DNA of 64,000 nt, from assembly GCA_029261135.1 (NCBI GenBank), contig JAJDBX010000013.1, positions 431-64,430 of the forward strand, in the 5' to 3' direction. Positions within the stretch are counted from its first letter, which is position 1. Every line of letters starts with the position of its first letter. Below, piece after piece: positions 58,976-64,000 of the stretch. The translations under genes and the position numbers were made by a program. The notes below the pieces were generated by a model, which was not told the origin of the DNA, did no database searches, and worked only from the letters and a program-made list of their open reading frames with translations. Source of the DNA: Nitrospirota bacterium (GTDB lineage Bacteria; Nitrospirota; Nitrospiria; SBBL01; JAADHI01).

Positions 58976-59393
58976 ATGAGCCCTGTAAAGTATTTTGTGT
59001 AACTGCCCTGGTCATACAAGGAGATAACTGCTCCTCAAAGACAATCATAAAATAATTCATGGGTTCTTTCCAATTTCTAATGGGCATCGTCCACTTTTTC
59101 GATGCCGATCATATGGCCAGATAAACCACTTTTGTCGCAGAGTCATCACTCGGAAACAGTTTCCGCGTTTTGACCGACTTACGAATCACACTGTTGAGTG
59201 ACTCAATGGCATTGGTCGTATAGATCACTTTTCGAATGTCTGCTGGGAAATCAAACAGTGTGATCAGATGAGGCCAGTGAGTCCGCCAGGATCTGCTGAT
59301 CTGCGATCCCAGTGTAAAGCCCCCAATTTTAGTACCAGTAATTTAAGTAGAATTTTTGATCATTGAGAGGCCCTCAAAAATTCATAAGGTGTT

Positions 59394-60152
59394 TTATTTC
59401 CCCAAAGACTCATGAGGCCGTTCTGAGTTATATTCGTACATCCATCGGGTTGTTCTTTCCCGGACTTCATCCAAATCTGAGAACAGATACAAATCTAAAA
59501 CATCTTCCCGATAGGTCCGGTTAAACCGTTCGATATAAGCGTTTTGCGCAGGTTTGCCTGGCTTAATGAAGTCTAAGTCCACGTGGTGTTTTTTTGCCCA
59601 TTCACGCAGTTTCTGTGAAATAAATTCCGGGCCATTATCCATCCGAATGTATTTGGGATACCCCCGCCATTCGGCTATACAATCGAGCTTTCTTGTCACA
59701 CGTTCAGTAGGGAAAGATCGATCAATTTCTATCCCCAAGGCTTCTCGATTGAAGTCGTCTATGATGTTCAAGGTGCGATAGGTTCCACCTGCTGCAAGAC
59801 TGTCCCGCATGAAGTCCATTGACCAACAAATGTTCGAATAAAGCGGTTGAACCAAGGGTTCTGGGTTTCTACTGGGAAAGCGTCTCTTCGGCTTTTTTCT
59901 TAAATTCAGGGACAGTTCACAGTACACACGGTACACGCGTTTATGATTCCAGGGCTGGCCCTGTATTTTTAAACGCTGAAACATCTTATTAAATCCCCAT
60001 CTCGGTTTATCTTTTGCCAACTGCCGCAAATGCGTCTCAATCATATTGTCCTCATTTGGCTTCGCCTGATAACGATAGGCCGTGCGACTCACCCCAAAAA
60101 GGCCACAGCTTCTTCTTTCGGAGAAGCGGTGAGCTTCAATGGCATATCGCAC
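59394..60152 (-). CDS. IS3 transposase OrfB (integrase core)
   Basis: WNHKRVYRVY, WSMDFM, DDFNRE, DNGPEF, PGKPAQNAYIERFNR. Confidence 0.9.
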   Translation of the reverse strand: MRYAIEAHRFSERRSCGLFGVSRTAYRYQAKPNEDNMIETHLRQLAKDKPRWGFNKMFQRLKIQGQPWNHKRVYRVYCELSLNLRKKPKRRFPSRNPEPLVQPLYSNICWSMDFMRDSLAAGGTYRTLNIIDDFNREALGIEIDRSFPTERVTRKLDCIAEWRGYPKYIRMDNGPEFISQKLREWAKKHHVDLDFIKPGKPAQNAYIERFNRTYREDVLDLYLFSDLDEVRERTTRWMYEYNSERPHESLGK

Positions 60153-60175
60153 GAGCGTTTTTCGATCAGCTGGCT

Positions 60176-60442
60176 TTACAACTTTTTTTCAATCACATCC
60201 TTTAAAACCTGATGATCCAGACTCAATTCTGAATACATCCGCTTCAGTCGAAGGTTTTCATCTTCAAGGGCCTTCAACCTTTTAAAATCTGAGGCTTCAA
60301 GGCCGCCATATTTTGCCCGCCATTTATAAAATGTCGCATCACTCATCCCATTTTTTCGGCACAAATCAACAACGCTCATCCCGTTCTCTGCTTCTTTCAG
60401 TATCGACATAATTTGGGAATCGGTAAATCTCGATCACTTCAT
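60176..60442 (-). pseudogene. IS3 transposase OrfA with a stop at codon 3
   Basis: ATG AAG TGA TCG AGA TTT ACC (MK*SRFTDSQI); TFYKWRAKYGG, RLKALEDENLRLK. Confidence 0.8.
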
Positions 60443-61487
60443 CGTAAAGCCTCCTTCTCCATTCATTCTAAAAGAAAACTCTACTCCTAACTGGTTCTAT
60501 TTTAGGGGAGGCTTACCCCAGGCCTCTGCAAAACGATCCAGCTCAAGGCTTGCTTCCTGCTCTGTGGTGGAGTGATAGATTCGCTTCAAATCTGCTGTGA
60601 CGGCTTTGTCGTCTTTCCAGGGGACGTATTTTAATGCATTGCGTACCATGTGGATGATGCAGAGCTGAAGCCTGGCATCGGGAAAAGCGGTGTTGCCCGA
60701 ATCAGGAAAACCACTAAGACCATCAACACAGACAATTAGAATCTCCTCGACGCCACGGTGTTTAAGCTCTGTGAGTACCTGTAACCAGAATTTGGCCCCC
60801 TCTGTCTCGGCGATCCACAGCCCCAATAACTCCTTGTGCCCCTCCAGATTCACGCCCAGTGCAAGGTAGATCGATTTGTTGATCACTCGCTTGTCCTGAC
60901 GAATCTTGAGCACGATACAATCAAGATAAACAATGGGATAAACGGCATCCAGAGGACGATTCTGCCATTGAATGACTTCTTCCATCACGGCGTTGGTGAC
61001 CTTTGATATCAGCCCTGCTGAGACCTCGGCACCATACATCTCCTGAAGAGCATCAACGATATCTCGTGTGCTCATCCCTTTGGCATAAAGGCTCAGTATC
61101 TGATCATCCATCCCCGTGATACGGGTTTGGCCTTTGCCAATGATGTCGGGTTCAAATGTGGCTTCACGGTCACGCGGCGTATCAATCACGATTTCGCCAT
61201 GATGGCCTTTTAAGGTTTTTGGACTGTAACCGTTACGACTGTTACCGCTATTGTGACCCTTCACATCATAGGGACTATAACCAAAATGGGGTTCCATCTC
61301 GGCTTTTAATGCGGCCTCGACGGTGATTTTTGTAAGCTGAGCGCTGAGGGCGCTTAGGTCTTCTGGGGTTTTAAGGTCTTTCGCTAGCTCGGATGCTAGC
61401 GCTTTTATCTTTTCTTGTTTCTCTCTCATACTCATTATTAGCCTCCAATTGTAAGGTAAGAAATAATGAGCAGTTACTCAATTTATT

Positions 61488-62189
61488 TTACAGGCTCAAT
61501 AAATTTAGGCGTAATCTCCTATTCTCAAAGTTAGGCATAACCTTTCCCAGCAAGCCCCAGAATCTAGACCCGTGATTATGTTCTTTTAAATGACATAGTT
61601 CATGAATAATGACATAATCAATACATTCTGTTGGCACCTTGATCAGGTTTTTGTTGAGTATGATTTTCCCGGACTTTGTACAGCTACCCCATCTATTTTT
61701 TAAGTCCCTAATGACTAGTGGTGCTGACATAATACCAAAGTGACTTACTTTCTTGATGCATTCAAGATATCTTTTATTAAATACGGTACTTGCTTTTTCT
61801 GTATACCAGCAATCCATTAATTTTTTTATATCTTGAGCCATCGGTTTTTCAGAGCAAGTCACATGAAAATAACCCCTAAAACATTTAACCCTCTCTTCTG
61901 TCCCTATTCTTATAATTAATCGAAACTGACGACCTAAATATCTGTGCGTTTCGCCACTCACATATCTACGGGGCGGTTGTTTTGGCAAATAAAGCTCAAA
62001 CTCTCGCTTAGACTTGCGTATCCATCTCCCTCTTTTTTTAACTTTTTCTCTTATTTTATTGATATCCGTCCCAAGCGGGGCGCTTACGGATACCGACAAA
62101 TCTGGATGCACATGAATTGCTAGCGTCTTACGCTCCTTAAATTCATAGGTGTAAGGTATCCGAGTTCTACCCCATTGAACCTCATCCAC
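61488..62189 (-). CDS. M48/DUF45 (YgjP-like) zinc metalloprotein associated with type I R-M
   Basis: YVSGETHRYLG, RWGSC, DYVIIHELCHL, NHGSRFW; last codons and stop come from the IS256 IR. Confidence 0.88.
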   Translation of the reverse strand: MDEVQWGRTRIPYTYEFKERKTLAIHVHPDLSVSVSAPLGTDINKIREKVKKRGRWIRKSKREFELYLPKQPPRRYVSGETHRYLGRQFRLIIRIGTEERVKCFRGYFHVTCSEKPMAQDIKKLMDCWYTEKASTVFNKRYLECIKKVSHFGIMSAPLVIRDLKNRWGSCTKSGKIILNKNLIKVPTECIDYVIIHELCHLKEHNHGSRFWGLLGKVMPNFENRRLRLNLLSL

Positions 62190-62194
62190 CGTAT

Positions 62195-64000
62195 TTATGC
62201 TCCTGCCAGTTTTTTCGCCACGCCAATACAGCGTTCCATGATCATGTCCATATCATCTGTCGTCAGCCTAATCCCTCTATTATTTCGCACATCGAACAGA
62301 TAATCATCGATGTCATTTTGTATTTTACTAATGACATCATCATTGCGGTGCCAATCACGTATTTTTTGCTTAGCAATAATACCCTCAATATCCAAGGCCA
62401 AACCAGCAATCGTTATTTCATCTAAATGAGTATGTGAGGTCTCATAATGCGCTGGGGGTTCTGCGACCATAAGAACATCTTCTTCATTAGAGACCATCAC
62501 CTCGTTTAGCACACCAAAATAAGCCTGAGCTTCCCGGTGCCCTTCCAATTTCACGGGAACATCGTCTTCATACCCACGTCGCATTTTTTCCATGTACTCG
62601 GTTTCTAGTCTTAGATATTCAGATTGATCAATACGACCTTGTCGATAATCATCAATTGTTTGTTGAACCAATTCAGCAAACTTTTTATAGAAAACGGGAT
62701 CTTCTTCCATCTTTTCAGTGATAGTTTTTTTATTTCGATGTGCTATCATGTCTGCTTTGGCCACTTTACTTTCTCGTTTCTGCACCTCCGCATCAAAGGT
62801 TTCAGTATCAAATATATTCACCATCTCCGTGACGATCCCCACATTCGGTGCCTGAATATGGCTATCCATGACCTTACGGATTTGTTTCTCGTATTGGGCG
62901 AAATCAATTGTCTCGGCATAACGCTGCTGAACGGATGCACGCAAGCTGCGGAAATGTTTTAAATCGTTTTTGTAACTCTTGATACGGTTTTTAGGCGTAT
63001 CTTGATAGAAGTGCTGAGTCGATAAAGCCACAACGAATACTTTTGAAAATTCCGTTAAAGCCTCATAAAATTCCTGGCGTCTGTCAACAGGATCCAAGTG
63101 TCGTTCCATCGATTCATTATCATGTTTGTTCTTGACCTCCTTGAATACGGCCCATAGATCCGAGTGTAATTGCGACAGTTTGGCCACTTCCTCATGGGTA
63201 TCAATTACTGCACCTTGGAGCAACACATCTTCTGCGTCATAACCGGCCAGAGAATCGTAGGTTTGCATCGCCTCATTCAGGCTACCCAGCACCCCCCGAT
63301 AATCGATAATGTAACCGTAATCTTTATCGGAAAAGAGACGGTTCACTCGAGAAATCGCCTGTAGAATACTGTGATCTTCCAGCTTCTTATCGATATAAAG
63401 CACCGTATTTCTGGGCTCGTCAAAGCCGGTAAGCAACTTGCTCACGACAATCAGTATCTCCACCCCATCTTCACGACCGAATGATGCTTTTATCTGTTTA
63501 ACATAATCCTCTTCATGGCCAAACCGATCCATCATCTCTTTCCAAAATCGATTCAGCAGCGGGAAATCTTCTTCTTCAATGGTATCGCCGCCCTCGCGTG
63601 TATCCGGTTTCGACATAATGACTTCACAGCTCACCATGCCGTAATCATTCATATAATTGCGGTACAAAATGGCGCTGCTGCGTGAATCGCTAGCAAGCTG
63701 CCCTTTAAAGCCAGTGCCCTGGAAATTCTCGCGATAATGTTTGCTAATATCATAAGCGAGTAAGGCCACGCGCTGTTCGAGCTTATGGATCATCTCCTTT
63801 GAGGTCATTTTTCGTTTGAGATCTGCTTTCTGCTTTTGAGTCAAGCCCTCAGTTAAACGCTCAAACCAGGCATCCATTGCCTCTTTATTCATTTCCAAAT
63901 TAGCAATGCGTCCTTCATATAACAACGGCAATACGGCTTTATCTTCCACAGTAGCTTTACGGAGCGGATAACTATGAATCAGACCACCGAATTTGCGCGC
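62195..64000 (-). CDS. hsdR: Type I restriction endonuclease subunit R, C-terminal part (runs off the window)
   Basis: AVLPLLYEGR, ILIVVSKLLTGFDEP, LYIDK, LQAISRVNR, GYIIDYRG. Confidence 0.92.
   Translation of the reverse strand, partial: ARKFGGLIHSYPLRKATVEDKAVLPLLYEGRIANLEMNKEAMDAWFERLTEGLTQKQKADLKRKMTSKEMIHKLEQRVALLAYDISKHYRENFQGTGFKGQLASDSRSSAILYRNYMNDYGMVSCEVIMSKPDTREGGDTIEEEDFPLLNRFWKEMMDRFGHEEDYVKQIKASFGREDGVEILIVVSKLLTGFDEPRNTVLYIDKKLEDHSILQAISRVNRLFSDKDYGYIIDYRGVLGSLNEAMQTYDSLAGYDAEDVLLQGAVIDTHEEVAKLSQLHSDLWAVFKEVKNKHDNESMERHLDPVDRRQEFYEALTEFSKVFVVALSTQHFYQDTPKNRIKSYKNDLKHFRSLRASVQQRYAETIDFAQYEKQIRKVMDSHIQAPNVGIVTEMVNIFDTETFDAEVQKRESKVAKADMIAHRNKKTITEKMEEDPVFYKKFAELVQQTIDDYRQGRIDQSEYLRLETEYMEKMRRGYEDDVPVKLEGHREAQAYFGVLNEVMVSNEEDVLMVAEPPAHYETSHTHLDEITIAGLALDIEGIIAKQKIRDWHRNDDVISKIQNDIDDYLFDVRNNRGIRLTTDDMDMIMERCIGVAKKLAGA

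Larger units (their letters stand above)
59313..60517 (-). mobile_element. IS3-family (IS407-like) element
   Basis: IRs TGTAAAGCCCCCAATTTTAGTACCAGT / ACTGGTTCTATTTTAGGGGAGGCTTACC; 4-bp target duplication CCAG (59309-12, 60518-21); orfA/orfB with an A7G slippery site near 60182-60189. Confidence 0.92.
58979..61497 (-). mobile_element. IS256-family element interrupted by an IS3
   Basis: IRs (A)GCCCTGTAAAGTATTTTGTGTAACTGC / GCAGTTACTCAATTTATTTTACAGGCTC; transposase 61435-60518 (NSRNGY, PRDR, LYAKGMSTRDI, VYLDC, VDGL) resumes below 59312 (IRKVIYTTNAIESLNS). Confidence 0.9.

Noticed and set aside
1-64000. Numerous short overlapping or antisense ORFs in the track; rRNA, tRNA, riboswitch and integron attC candidates
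   Set aside because: The shadow ORFs lie on well-supported genes and lack motifs or an RBS; no RNA gene or attC pattern was recognisable by eye (an Infernal/tRNAscan run would be decisive)

Overview
A 64-kb bacterial chromosomal window of moderate GC. Small proteins typical of Nitrospirota suggest that phylum (inference, not proven). Layout: (1) 1-17.7 kb, mostly core genes after an IS1595/IS1016-like remnant. It includes a three-gene operon of unknown proteins sharing a DGDI motif and a sigma54-type promoter preceding a MerR-HTH gene and a 1020-aa Zn-ribbon/REC protein with four RomX-like domains. (2) ~18-40 kb, an accessory, partly decayed region: CsgG/DUF4810/DUF799 operon, a DARS-like DnaA-box triad, TPR lipoprotein, IS630 remnant, c-type cytochromes, PiT, YCF48-like, TorF, peroxiredoxin, STAS-MlaEFD-PqiC operon, YeeE and an FMN-binding glutamate synthase, several with frameshifts. 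(3) 40.5-56.1 kb: maf, dus, a GyrA/ParC-like paralog lacking the catalytic Tyr plus a degenerate NTP-transferase, gdhA, a CBS protein and a beta-oxidation-EtfBA-FixC operon. (4) 56.5-64 kb: a diguanylate cyclase, stacked IS remnants (RAYT, IS5, IS3 nested in IS256) and the 3' end of a type I R-M locus (hsdR plus M48 peptidase). No rRNA, tRNA or CRISPR array was recognised. The best candidates for undescribed systems are the multi-RomX REC protein, the DGDI operon, the dead-gyrase operon and the DARS-like element. All family assignments come from motif recognition by eye and need HMM or structure confirmation.
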